From contig JASGHG010000001.1 in assembly GCA_047602425.1 (NCBI GenBank), forward strand, positions 4,384,001 through 4,448,000: a stretch of 64,000 nucleotides of DNA, written 5' to 3'. Origin of the DNA: Nibricoccus sp. (GTDB taxonomy: Bacteria > Verrucomicrobiota > Verrucomicrobiia > Opitutales > Opitutaceae). Of this stretch, positions 28,164 to 37,867 are shown one piece after another (position 1 is the first letter of the stretch; each line of letters opens with the position of its first letter). A model generated the notes under the pieces. The model worked only from the letters and a program-made list of their open reading frames with translations, had not been told where the DNA came from and ran no database searches. The position numbers and the translations under genes were made by a program.

Positions 28164-29162
28164 TTACTTTTTCTTTAGAACTTCAGCAGTGAGCGACGCG
28201 TCGATGTACGAAGGAACGTTCTGCGCTTCTTTGTAGACGCCATTGGTTACGTTGAATTCGTCGGCGATTTTCGAAGAGCCGATGAGCGAGTCGAAACCCT
28301 TGGTCTGAGCCGAGAGGACTTTACCGCCTTCGGCGAGGGTGAGGAACTGGGTGCCGGGCATGAAGGAAGCGTACTCCTTGGGATCCACACCGGCGCGGGC
28401 AGCCATGATCTTGATGCCGTCTTCACGGGTCTTCGGATCTTTCAAATAAGCCACAACCTTGTCCCAGACGGAAACGAACTTGACCCAATCGGCACGGCGC
28501 TGGGCGAGACTCTGCGGGGTGACGACGACGGCGTCGTAGATCAACCCGGGTTCATTGGCGCTGGTGTAAATGGCCTTGGAGCCGGGGACGGCCTTGAGAG
28601 CGGCCCCGGAATTGGGCTGCCAGGCGCCAATGGCGTCGACCTGTCCGGACGCGAGCACCTGCGGCGTCTGATTTGTGGGGGTGGGAACCAGTTCGAGATC
28701 TTTTTCGGTGAGGCCCACTTTCTTCAGGCCGTTGAGCAGGAGAAGATGTTCAACGAAGCCGATCTCGATGCCGATTTTTTTGCCCTTGAGGTCTTTCAAC
28801 GAGGCGATGCCGGGCTTGGCGACGATCATGTCGTTACCATTGGAAAAATCGGTCATGAGGATCATGACGTTTTTCGCGCCGTTGGCGCCCGTAACGAGGG
28901 CGTCGCCGTTGGTTACGGTAACGGCGTCGCATTTACCGGCGGTGAAAGCTTCCATCGACGGGCCGTACTCGAACCAGAGCAGTTCGACTTCGACGCCGGC
29001 TTCTTTGAACCAACCCTTTTGTGCGGCGATTTCGAGAGCGGTCCAGCCGGGCCAGTCCGAGAAGGCGACTTTGAGTGGTGCGGCGGAAGCGAGGCTGGTG
29101 ATGAGAACGAAGAGCGTGGCGAAAACAGACAGACGGCGGCGGAGGGAGGAGGTGGTGATCAT
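28164..29162 (-). CDS. ABC substrate-binding protein (NMT1/THI5-like, urea-carboxylase-associated type)
   Basis: Signal peptide, [20 protein letters not shown]. Confidence 0.88.
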   Translation of the reverse strand: MITTSSLRRRLSVFATLFVLITSLASAAPLKVAFSDWPGWTALEIAAQKGWFKEAGVEVELLWFEYGPSMEAFTAGKCDAVTVTNGDALVTGANGAKNVMILMTDFSNGNDMIVAKPGIASLKDLKGKKIGIEIGFVEHLLLLNGLKKVGLTEKDLELVPTPTNQTPQVLASGQVDAIGAWQPNSGAALKAVPGSKAIYTSANEPGLIYDAVVVTPQSLAQRRADWVKFVSVWDKVVAYLKDPKTREDGIKIMAARAGVDPKEYASFMPGTQFLTLAEGGKVLSAQTKGFDSLIGSSKIADEFNVTNGVYKEAQNVPSYIDASLTAEVLKKK

Positions 29163-29170
29163 TGGAGGCA

Positions 29171-29225
29171 GTGTTACTTTTTGAGCAAAACGTGTTACGC
29201 CTGTCTCTCAGCACGGGCTATGCCA
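29171..29225 (-). promoter_or_regulatory. Sigma54 promoter with downstream GTGTTAC-N14-GTGTTAC operator upstream of the ABC operon
   Basis: Minus strand TGGCATAGCCCGTGCT (29225-29210); half-sites at 29171-29177 and 29192-29198. Confidence 0.72.
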
Positions 29226-29327
29226 CGAATGGCCGCATGAATATTTCCACGCTTAGTGTAGAGGACGCGGCTCTCAGGTGTGGTGCTTGCCTCCGAGAAG
29301 ACCGGGAGGGTAGCTTGCGGTGATTGT

Positions 29328-29741
29328 ATGAAAACCATCGATGAATTTTTTCGGAGCGACCAGTTTGTGAATCACTGCGGTATTGAACTGATATCGCATG
29401 CGCCAGGACAGGCGGTGGCTCGAATGGTGGTAAGGCCGACTCATCTGAATGCGTTGGGCATCGTGCAAGGCGGAGCGATTTTCACGCTGGCGGATTACGC
29501 CTTTGGTGTGGCCTCGAACGGCCATGGCTCGGCTGCGGTTGGCATTAGTGTGAGTATAACCTACGTCAAAGCGACAACCCACGGCACGCTCACGGCGGAG
29601 GCGCGCGAAGTATCGCTAAACCCGAAGCTGGGCAGCTATACCGTCAATGTGACGGATGAGAATGGCACCATGGTCGCGATCTTCCAAGGGCTCGCATATC
29701 GGAAGAAACAGCCGATCGCCGACGAAGTGAAGCACGGCTGA
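29328..29741 (+). CDS. PaaI-family hotdog-fold thioesterase
   Basis: HLNALGIVQGGAIFTLADYAFGVASN. Confidence 0.88.
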   Translation: MKTIDEFFRSDQFVNHCGIELISHAPGQAVARMVVRPTHLNALGIVQGGAIFTLADYAFGVASNGHGSAAVGISVSITYVKATTHGTLTAEAREVSLNPKLGSYTVNVTDENGTMVAIFQGLAYRKKQPIADEVKHG

Positions 29742-29757
29742 CAACGCACCCGGATAG

Positions 29758-32244
29758 TTACCGATCGCGGGCGAGCCACTGCTCCAAGTCAGAGGATGAA
29801 TCTATCTGATGGCTGGTTCGGTATTCGGAGGCGAGGAGCTTGGTGTAACTTGGTTCGGCAAAGCGACGGCAATGCAGGAGCACCTTGGCTTGTTGTCCCG
29901 GTGCGCGCACAAGGCGCCCGAGCGCTTGGTTCACTTTTTGGATGCCGGGAGCTTGATACACCCGACGAAAGGCTTCGTCGCGACCGAGTGGGGCGGCCTC
30001 GGCAAGCCGGGCTTTTTGCACCGGGTTGACCTCGGGCAGCGCCGGGCCGACGACCATGGCGTGGCTGACGCGTCCGCCGAGCAGATCGATGCCCTCGGCG
30101 AAACTACTGCCAAGAACCAAAAATAGGACGTCGGCTTGCACGAGCGATTCCTCGACCCAGGCGGTCTGGGCAGCGAGATCGGGCAGGCGGGGTTGCAGCG
30201 CGACGCGAAGACGAGAGCCGTTGTCCCGCAGGATGGTTTGAATGGCTTCGGCGTAGCGATAGCTCGAAAAGAAAACGGCGCATGGTCCGTGAGCGGCGGC
30301 ATGGATTTTCTCGATGGTTGCCGCGGTCGTCCCATGGTGGCGGGTGCGTTGCTGGTAGGAAGTGTCGACGCGCAGGTCGATGGCGACGTCGTAAGCGTGG
30401 TCGCGCCAAGGGGCGTGAGCTTGCACGAGCGCAGGTGCCTGACTGGCGTTGGTCTCCTCGACTTTGAGCAATTCGGCACCGGAAGTGAGCTGTTTATAAA
30501 GACGCCGAGTATCGCGTTTATTAAGTTTCCCGAGACGTTCTGGTGGCGTGGCAGGTGGTTCGGGTTCGGTGATGGACGGAGTGTCGAGACCGCAATCGGC
30601 GGCAAAGGTGTCACTTGGGGTCAGGGTGGCGGAAACAAGAAGCGCTCCGCCAAAGGATCGCAGGGTTTGGCCGATCGCCGCGGCGGCATCGAGGCAGGTC
30701 ACGGCGAGTTCGCCAGGCTGGGGACTCCACCAGAGGCGTGGCAGGGCGAGATTGGCGAGTTCGTCGGCGAAGGAAGGGAATTGCCAAAGCTGCTCCATGA
30801 CGTCGGGGCCGAGCGCGGTATTATCAAGCGGCGTCGTGCTGACGAGGCTGGCGACCGTTTCGAGAAGGTGGCGTGTATCGTCCTCTTCGGCGAGCGAGAG
30901 ACTATCGCTGACACCGAGTTGGCTCAGGTGATGCGTCCATTGGTCCCACGCTTGTACGAGGCGTGCTGGAGCGCGGATTTGGTGAAGTTCGGCAGCGACG
31001 GTATTGGCGATTGTAGCGGAGAAGCGCCTCGAAAACACATCGGCGACGCGTGAAGGAAGATTGTGCGCTTCGTCGAGGACAAGGAGCGTGCGCGCTGGAT
31101 CGTAGCCGGGCTGATTTTCGAACAGGCCACGGCTGGAAGGCGAAAAAACGTAGTTGTAATCCCCGATCCAGACATCGTTGAAGGCGAGGGCGGCGCGGGT
31201 GATTTCGTAGGGGCAAACGGAAGCGGCGCGCCCCGCTTTGCGCAGATTGTCGATGTCGCGCGTTTCGGTATCGAAAAGATAAAAACGCGAAAGGCCGCTG
31301 CGCGGCCACTTGCGTTCGAGGTCGTTGAGATGAGGGCAGACTTCGCGCGAACAGTGATACGTTGTGTGAATGCAATGCTCGCGCTTGTTGCGTATTTGCC
31401 AGGCCAATACGCCAGCGCGGCCGTCGGGTTGCCGGGTCATGCGCGCGAGAGTCTCGGCGACGTGCAGTTGGCCGGTCGATTTACTGGTGAGATAAATGAG
31501 TCGCTCAAAACGACCGGAGCGCAGGAGTTCCAACGCGCATTCGAGCGTGACGCCGGTTTTTCCGAACCCAGTCGGCGCTTCGAAAAAAACGATGGGATGT
31601 TGGGCGAGGGCTGTGGCCAGCTCGTTCTGCACCGTTTCCTGTCCCGGGCGTAGCGCGGCGAATGCCGGTTGGAAGCGCAGGGTTTGCAGACGTTCACGGG
31701 CACGGAGGCGCTGATCGAGAAATTCCGTGATTCGTTCCAGTTGGGTGCGGAAAATGGCATCGTCGGCCGGCGAGAATGTGACCGTTTGTGACAACCCGGT
31801 GTCGACTTCGACGAAGACGAGTTCACCCCGAATTTTGGACGACGTTGTTTCCGTCAACGCCGTGAGCGCGACATAGGTGGCAAGTTGGGCGAAGTATTCG
31901 GGATACTCAGCGCGCAATTCTTCTTCGGCGGCGGGAAGCGCGCGGGTAATGGTTTTTATTTCGCGCAGCAGTGCGCCCGACCCGTCAGGAATAATCTGAT
32001 CGATGCGGCCACTCAGCCTAAGAGTCCAACCGCGATGAAAAACTTTTCCGTGAATTGGAACTTCGAATTGCGCGGAGGGTTGATCGGCGGTGGCTTGAAC
32101 GCGGAGTTGCTGATGCCAATGCGTGCCGAGTTGCGCGCGCCAGATTCCCTGCGGACCATCGCCACCGTCGCGCGGGCCGATCACGAAGCTGGCGAAATCG
32201 CCGACTCCGAGGGCTGCGGTGCGTTGTTCGAGGGAAAAATCCAC
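29758..32244 (-). CDS. DinG/Rad3-family Fe-S DNA helicase with N-terminal PD-(D/E)xK (Cas4-like) nuclease domain
   Basis: LGTHWH, LSGRIDQI, EIKT, YFAQLATY; EAPTGFGKT, Cys cluster, CPYE, DEAHN, SATL, EGIDL, QALGRLVR. Confidence 0.88.
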   Translation of the reverse strand: MDFSLEQRTAALGVGDFASFVIGPRDGGDGPQGIWRAQLGTHWHQQLRVQATADQPSAQFEVPIHGKVFHRGWTLRLSGRIDQIIPDGSGALLREIKTITRALPAAEEELRAEYPEYFAQLATYVALTALTETTSSKIRGELVFVEVDTGLSQTVTFSPADDAIFRTQLERITEFLDQRLRARERLQTLRFQPAFAALRPGQETVQNELATALAQHPIVFFEAPTGFGKTGVTLECALELLRSGRFERLIYLTSKSTGQLHVAETLARMTRQPDGRAGVLAWQIRNKREHCIHTTYHCSREVCPHLNDLERKWPRSGLSRFYLFDTETRDIDNLRKAGRAASVCPYEITRAALAFNDVWIGDYNYVFSPSSRGLFENQPGYDPARTLLVLDEAHNLPSRVADVFSRRFSATIANTVAAELHQIRAPARLVQAWDQWTHHLSQLGVSDSLSLAEEDDTRHLLETVASLVSTTPLDNTALGPDVMEQLWQFPSFADELANLALPRLWWSPQPGELAVTCLDAAAAIGQTLRSFGGALLVSATLTPSDTFAADCGLDTPSITEPEPPATPPERLGKLNKRDTRRLYKQLTSGAELLKVEETNASQAPALVQAHAPWRDHAYDVAIDLRVDTSYQQRTRHHGTTAATIEKIHAAAHGPCAVFFSSYRYAEAIQTILRDNGSRLRVALQPRLPDLAAQTAWVEESLVQADVLFLVLGSSFAEGIDLLGGRVSHAMVVGPALPEVNPVQKARLAEAAPLGRDEAFRRVYQAPGIQKVNQALGRLVRAPGQQAKVLLHCRRFAEPSYTKLLASEYRTSHQIDSSSDLEQWLARDR

Positions 32245-32770
32245 AATCGGACACGTTCCAGCGCGACGGTTGAGGCGTCAATTCAACACGAAAAATATGT
32301 CCTGATTGGGAGGTGAATCCCTCGAAAAGAAATTCAGATACGCGAGGCGGTTTTCGTCCGCATGAAAAAAACATCCCAAAAAAATGCGCGGAATTGAAGG
32401 GATGTGAGAAACACCGGTGTTCGGTGTGATTAGAAACCCTTTCGACCTAAAGTAGATTTGCTGTCCGAACGCATCATGATTTTCCACCACCCAATTTAAC
32501 TCCCGTACGATATATTGAGTAAACGCATCGAGCGTTAATAGAGGCCACAACACACCAACTGTCGGTATTCACGACAGTCATACACCACAAGAGCGGCCGG
32601 TAAACCAGACAGCGTGGCAATCAAATCCCATGGAATTGCGACGGCTGGTTTTTAGACGGCAACTTTACCGATATTCCCCTGTTCGTTGCAGGGCGAAGGC
32701 GACTGCCTGCATTCGGGCATGCGGTCCTCATCGCCGCCCGTCTTTGTTCCTACCCACACCCAATAACACC

Positions 32771-35700
32771 ATGAACACTGTAAACACTCGTTTGTATTCA
32801 CAAAATCCTCCGCGGAAAATATTCCGTCGGTTTATAGTCGGCGCTTGCGCCCTATTGCTTTGCTTAACTTCCGCGGCCTTTGCCCAGCAGACGGGCACGG
32901 TGAACGGCCAGGTGGTTGACGGCGCGACCGGAAAATATCTCGAAGGCGCCGAGGTTAACATTAGCGGCACCGATTTGCACACCACGACCGAACGCGATGG
33001 TCGCTTTACGCTCCGAAATGTCCCGGCGGGTTCGCAAAAAGTCGTCGTGCATTATCCTGGTCTCGATTCCGCCGAGACTGGAACTGAAGTAAAAGCCGGG
33101 CAGGGCGTCGACGTGCAGATTAAACTGGCGGCGCAGGACGTGATCAGGCTTGGCGAATTCAAGGTCGAAGGCACCAAGGAGGGCATGGCGCAGGCGATAC
33201 AACTCCAGAAGGTTGCCATTGAGAGCAAGCTAATTGCTGCAAACGATCAGTTCGGCAATATCAGCGAAGGGAATATTGGTGAATATTTGAAATTCCTACC
33301 CGGCGTAGGCATTGTATATAATTCCAACGATGCGCGAGGTGTCGCGCTGCGTGGACTTCGTTCGCAGTTCACAACAATCGACGTCGATGGCACGCCGATG
33401 GCGAGCACATCGTCGATGGCGGATAGCCGCCGGTTCGAAACCGAGCAGGTCTCGGCTAACAGCGTGGAAAAAAACGAGATCGTTAAAACCATCACGCCTG
33501 ACATGCCGGCGAACTCAACGGGCGGTTACATCAACATGGTGACAAAAAGTGCGTTTGATCGCCAGGACCCGCAACGTCTCGATTACAAATTTTATCTGAC
33601 GGGCCCCACATCGCGCCTTTCCTTGAATCCCCAAGATGGCACGTGGGGTAAGGGATCGCATTACGTAGTCCGGCCCAATCTCAATCTCAATTTCGCGAAG
33701 CGCATCACCGACAAGATCGGTTTGAATATCAACTATTCGCTTTCGGAAATTTACCACGACTCCCCGCGCACGGCTTATACTTGGAATATTAATAATCAGG
33801 GGTTGATGAGCGCGGTCGCTCCCGGCGGTCCGACCCCCGTCGTCATCGGAGGCGTGACCTATCAGAGTTACGGCACCCGCACCACGGTCGATGACCCCGC
33901 CTTGGTTACGTACAACATGAACAACGAGCAGAAGCTTACGCACCGCGAATCATTCGCAGGCAAGGTTGATTATATTATTAGCGATTCGACCAGGTTGTCG
34001 GTTTCCGGCCAATGGAACTGGTACGATCTCACATTCCGTCAACGCGGCACACTTTTCAATCTCGGCGCGAATGCCTCAGGCATCGTCAATCTCGTCGGTG
34101 CGACGCAGAATGCGGCGAATTCAACCGCCTCGACTGTCGCCGCCAATGGTTCGGTTGGGACCAGCGCGGGTCGCTCCATTCAGGTGAACGATAATCAGCG
34201 CAACAAGTACGTGACGGGTTATCACTTCAACACCACGCTGACTCATCAGTTCAACGACGCTTCGAAGGCGTGGATTGCAGCTTACTGGTCGCAGGCCGAT
34301 GGCAAATATCGTGACCACACCAAAGGCTACTTTTCCCAGGGCGTCGCTCAATACACCGGTGGCGTCGTGGGCGGTAGTATCCCTCAATATATCGTCGATA
34401 ACGTTCTGGATGACCCGAAGCATCCGTCCGTCCTGATCAATGGCGGTAGCACACCGTTTAGCAGTACGTTTGATAGAAATGCCTATGCATTGTTGGGTGC
34501 TGGCTTGATGCGTCTTCAACCCTTTAACGCCCTTGATACGAAAACCGGATTCAATGCGCATTATAAGTATACTTTTGACTCTGCAATTCCTGTTTCGCTG
34601 CAGGCTGGCGGGGCGTTCGACAAGACCGGTCGTAATATTCGTCGCATTGGTTTGTTCTCCACGAATATTCCGTACATTTCGCCAGTTGCGGCCGGCGTAT
34701 TGGAGGACAAGCCGGTTGACTATGGATTTGATTTTGGTTCTGGCAACGCGATCGACCTCTACAAACTATATGAAAAATATCAGGGTTTGATCCCAGGCGG
34801 CCGGGTTAACAACGACAATTGGCGCCGCTTCGATGAAGAGAATACGGCGGGTTATCTGCGGGCCGACGCCACCTTCTTAAAAGATTTGCTGGTCGTCGGT
34901 GGCGTACGTTGGGAAAAGCGCACGACCAAGGGTAAAGCGGCCAATTATGCGACGCCGTTAGGCCGTCTGCTCTCAACGGAGATCAAATACGACAATTGGT
35001 ATCCCTCGGTGACCCTCCGTTACACACCTAACCGCAATTGGGTGGTTCGCGCTGGTTTCAGTCGTACGGTTGGTGATCCAGACTACAGCGAATTGGTGCC
35101 AGACTTTACGGCGGCGACGACGCCGGCGGCGACTGACGCTTCGTTGTCGGCTCCATCGAGAGACCTGAAGCCGTATTATGTAAACAACTACGATGCCTCG
35201 GTTGAGTACTATTTTAAAAAGACCGGTGTAGTGGGAGGCTCTGTCTTCCGCAAAGAGGTGAGTGGGTTTATCATCAATCGTATTGTGCCGCTGACCGACC
35301 CGTTGATGGTTAAGGCAATCGCAGACTACTCTATAAATCCGGCTGATTTCGGTCTCACGACGACGGGCACGGTGCGCGTCAATGGCGCCAGTTCGGAAAT
35401 CAACGGCTTCGAAGTTTGGTACAACCAAAACCTCTCATTCCTACCTAAACCCTTCGATGGGCTTAACGTCCAAGTGAACTATACCTGGGTGGACATCGAT
35501 GCCGATGATCTCGATACGCTCTACGCGCAATACACGGATGCCGTGACTCGCGCGGTTAACGTTCGTCTGAGCTATCGTTGGCGTAAATTCCAAACCGCAA
35601 TCAGCACGAACTGGACAGGTGAAACGCTCACCACCGCGGCGGCCAATACGATCACCGTCACGAATTCAGACGGTTCAAGAACAGCCATCAACGTGCTCAA

Positions 35701-35914
35701 TATGTACAAGGCCCCCGAAAGTAAAACGAAGTTCGAGGTCAGCTATTCCTTTGATTCTAAGTGCACGGCGTTCTTCGAAATCGATAACATCGGTTATCGG
35801 CGCAAGGAATATTTCAAGAACGGACAGGCGCTCGGCCAAAGCTACAAGTTGCCCGCGACTTACTATGTCTACGGTGATCCGGTGGTCCGCCTGGGCATCA
35901 AGGGCGCATTCTAG
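32771..35914 (+). CDS. TonB-dependent receptor with N-terminal carboxypeptidase-regulatory-like domain
   Basis: Signal peptide, GTVNGQVVD, plug NIGEYLKFLPG..ALRGL..GGYINMVTKS, C-terminal LGIKGAF. Confidence 0.92.
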   Translation: MNTVNTRLYSQNPPRKIFRRFIVGACALLLCLTSAAFAQQTGTVNGQVVDGATGKYLEGAEVNISGTDLHTTTERDGRFTLRNVPAGSQKVVVHYPGLDSAETGTEVKAGQGVDVQIKLAAQDVIRLGEFKVEGTKEGMAQAIQLQKVAIESKLIAANDQFGNISEGNIGEYLKFLPGVGIVYNSNDARGVALRGLRSQFTTIDVDGTPMASTSSMADSRRFETEQVSANSVEKNEIVKTITPDMPANSTGGYINMVTKSAFDRQDPQRLDYKFYLTGPTSRLSLNPQDGTWGKGSHYVVRPNLNLNFAKRITDKIGLNINYSLSEIYHDSPRTAYTWNINNQGLMSAVAPGGPTPVVIGGVTYQSYGTRTTVDDPALVTYNMNNEQKLTHRESFAGKVDYIISDSTRLSVSGQWNWYDLTFRQRGTLFNLGANASGIVNLVGATQNAANSTASTVAANGSVGTSAGRSIQVNDNQRNKYVTGYHFNTTLTHQFNDASKAWIAAYWSQADGKYRDHTKGYFSQGVAQYTGGVVGGSIPQYIVDNVLDDPKHPSVLINGGSTPFSSTFDRNAYALLGAGLMRLQPFNALDTKTGFNAHYKYTFDSAIPVSLQAGGAFDKTGRNIRRIGLFSTNIPYISPVAAGVLEDKPVDYGFDFGSGNAIDLYKLYEKYQGLIPGGRVNNDNWRRFDEENTAGYLRADATFLKDLLVVGGVRWEKRTTKGKAANYATPLGRLLSTEIKYDNWYPSVTLRYTPNRNWVVRAGFSRTVGDPDYSELVPDFTAATTPAATDASLSAPSRDLKPYYVNNYDASVEYYFKKTGVVGGSVFRKEVSGFIINRIVPLTDPLMVKAIADYSINPADFGLTTTGTVRVNGASSEINGFEVWYNQNLSFLPKPFDGLNVQVNYTWVDIDADDLDTLYAQYTDAVTRAVNVRLSYRWRKFQTAISTNWTGETLTTAAANTITVTNSDGSRTAINVLNMYKAPESKTKFEVSYSFDSKCTAFFEIDNIGYRRKEYFKNGQALGQSYKLPATYYVYGDPVVRLGIKGAF

Positions 35915-35949
35915 TCCCAGACGATTTTGTGTTGTGGTTCAGTTAGTCG

Positions 35950-35985
35950 GAAGCCCGCCTTGGGATAGGCGGGCTTCCTTTTTTT
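35950..35985 (+). terminator. Rho-independent terminator
   Basis: GAAGCCCGCCT-TGGGAT-AGGCGGGCTTC followed by CTTTTTTT. Confidence 0.85.
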
Positions 35986-36180
35986 ATTCGAGAGACAAAT
36001 GATCGATAAAGTTTACGCGACTCGATCGCGAACGCGGGCGATTCAGAGTGGGGAATCGAAGCAGACAGTTTGTAACTTAATGGATTACAAACTGATTGAT
36101 AGAGCTAAATCAGCCGGATTCTTCGTGCGCGAGAGTTGAAATTTAGGGCACCGCACGTTTCCCATCGAACTCAGCACTGA

Positions 36181-36798
36181 TTATTCGAGAAGAATCTCGG
36201 TGTGGCCGCGAAGATAGTCTTCAAGGCGACGACGGAGTTTGGCGACGAGTGGTGGTTCGATGCGTTGTCCGGCGACGGGTTGGTTGAGGAGGGCAACGGC
36301 ATTTTCACGATCGGCTGCGGGAAGAGAGGGGAACCATTGTTCCTTCACCGGATAGCCTTCGTCCCGGCCGAAACGGTAGAGACTTTTCAGATAGACGATA
36401 TCGGGACGTTCTGTGCTCGCGAGGGCGGCGAGAGCTTCGCGGAAAAGCATGTAAACTTTCGCGCGACTTTCTTCGGGCACGCTGTTTCGCGCCAGCAAAC
36501 GAGCGAGATCCGAAGCTGCTTGTAGCACCTCATAGGTTCGGCCGAGGCCGGTCTGGCGGGTGAGCAGGCGCGCCTCCTTTGCGAACCAAGCTTGTCCCTG
36601 GTTGTTGCTTTCCAGCGTAAGAGAGACCTCGTCAAAAAGGTCGAGCGCTACGGCATTGGCGGCGGATTTTTTTGAAATGCGCTGCAAGACGAGCAACGAA
36701 CCATGTTCAGCAGAAAAAACGGTGAAGGACTGGAAGGCATCCGAAGGCGGACGTTTAGCCAACACAAAGGCGTCAGTCGTCAGAATCGGGCCAGGCAT
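36181..36798 (-). CDS. recO: DNA repair protein RecO-like
   Basis: TDAFVL, FTVFSAEHG, LDLFD, OB-fold-like N-terminus and helical C-terminus; divergent. Confidence 0.6.
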   Translation of the reverse strand: MPGPILTTDAFVLAKRPPSDAFQSFTVFSAEHGSLLVLQRISKKSAANAVALDLFDEVSLTLESNNQGQAWFAKEARLLTRQTGLGRTYEVLQAASDLARLLARNSVPEESRAKVYMLFREALAALASTERPDIVYLKSLYRFGRDEGYPVKEQWFPSLPAADRENAVALLNQPVAGQRIEPPLVAKLRRRLEDYLRGHTEILLE

Positions 36799-36827
36799 GA
36801 TAAGGAAATCGAGAGGCGGTTTGTTTT

Positions 36828-36944
36828 AACCACGGATTTCACAGATGGGGCACGGATAAATAGGAGAATTTGGCCACAAAAGGCACAGAAGGCTCAAATA
36901 GAACTGGCTTTGGAAATCCGCGTTCATCTGTGAAAATCCGTGGT
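36828..36944. repeat. Intergenic ~9-bp-unit inverted repeat
   Basis: ACCACGGATTTCACAGATGGGGCACGGAT ... ATCCGCGTTCATCTGTGAAAATCCGTGGT. Confidence 0.75.
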
Positions 36945-36957
36945 CAGGATTACGGAA

Positions 36958-37617
36958 TTATTGCGGCTTGTGTGGCCACGGCGGGACGACGGCGCCGCCG
37001 GAAATAACGAACTTCATGCCATCGCCAACGCTCATCTCGAGCTCGACGATCTCGTCTTTGGGGAAAAGCATGAAGTAGCCGCCGGTGGGATTGGGCGTGG
37101 TCGGCACGAAGACCGACCAGAGTTCCTGGCCGGCGCGAAATTGAGCTTCGCCCTGGACCTTGCTCGTGAGAAAGCCGATCGTATGAACACCCTTGCGGGG
37201 AAATTCGACGAGCACGACCTTTTGAAAGAGATTGCGGTTTTTTGTGCCGAACGTAGCGACTAGCTGTTTAACGGTGTTATAGACAGTATTGACGCCTGGA
37301 ATCGTTTGGATGAAGCGTTCGGCGAGGCCGCCAAAATATTTTCCGAGAACGTAACGCGAGAGGTAGCCGAGTAGCGTGATGAGAACGACGGCGATCAGGG
37401 TGAAAAGTATATTCCAGAGGAGAGCGTAACGGCGGAACTGTTCCGGCACGAAATTCTCCAGCAGCGGCCGGAATACGTCCCCAATGTTTTCGAAAAGAAG
37501 GGCGAGCACCCAGCAGGTGACGAAGAGCGGCGCGAGCAGTAAAAGACCCGAGAGAAAAGCGTTGCGCAGCTGCGTGAACTTGGAGGGCGGTGGAATATCT
37601 GGATCGAGATCGGACAT
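36958..37617 (-). CDS. DUF502 membrane protein
   Basis: FLSGLLLLAPL, IPGVNTVYNTVKQ, VVLVEFPR, VFVPTTPNPTGG, ISGG. Confidence 0.9.
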   Translation of the reverse strand: MSDLDPDIPPPSKFTQLRNAFLSGLLLLAPLFVTCWVLALLFENIGDVFRPLLENFVPEQFRRYALLWNILFTLIAVVLITLLGYLSRYVLGKYFGGLAERFIQTIPGVNTVYNTVKQLVATFGTKNRNLFQKVVLVEFPRKGVHTIGFLTSKVQGEAQFRAGQELWSVFVPTTPNPTGGYFMLFPKDEIVELEMSVGDGMKFVISGGAVVPPWPHKPQ

Positions 37618-37727
37618 GTCGGCTTTAGTGTCTAAGTGGCCGGAAGTATGGCCACAAAAACACGCAAAAGACACAAAAATGACGAGGCGCCGCGCCGCGG
37701 CATTTCAAGCTCGGACCTCCAAGCCCT

Positions 37728-37854
37728 TTAACAGAAGACAACTAAGGTAACAAAGTGCCGCTGATGCTCTTGGGTCGAGTTTCCAAAACGAGGCTTGGAA
37801 ACGGGACGCGAGAAAGAGCGGTGACTCTTCGTTTCCTTTGTTAGCTTCTGTAAA
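37728..37854. repeat. Intergenic imperfect hairpin of ~9-bp units
   Basis: TTAACAGAAGACAACTAAGGTAAC ... GTTTCCTTTGTTAGCTTCTGTAAA. Confidence 0.55.
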
Positions 37855-37867
37855 ATAGTTCGTGTTT

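Noticed and set aside
29163..29327. Guanidine (ykkC) riboswitch expected upstream of the locus
   Set aside because: No recognisable motif, and the predicted sigma54 promoter leaves a leader of under about 50 nt; a covariance search was not run
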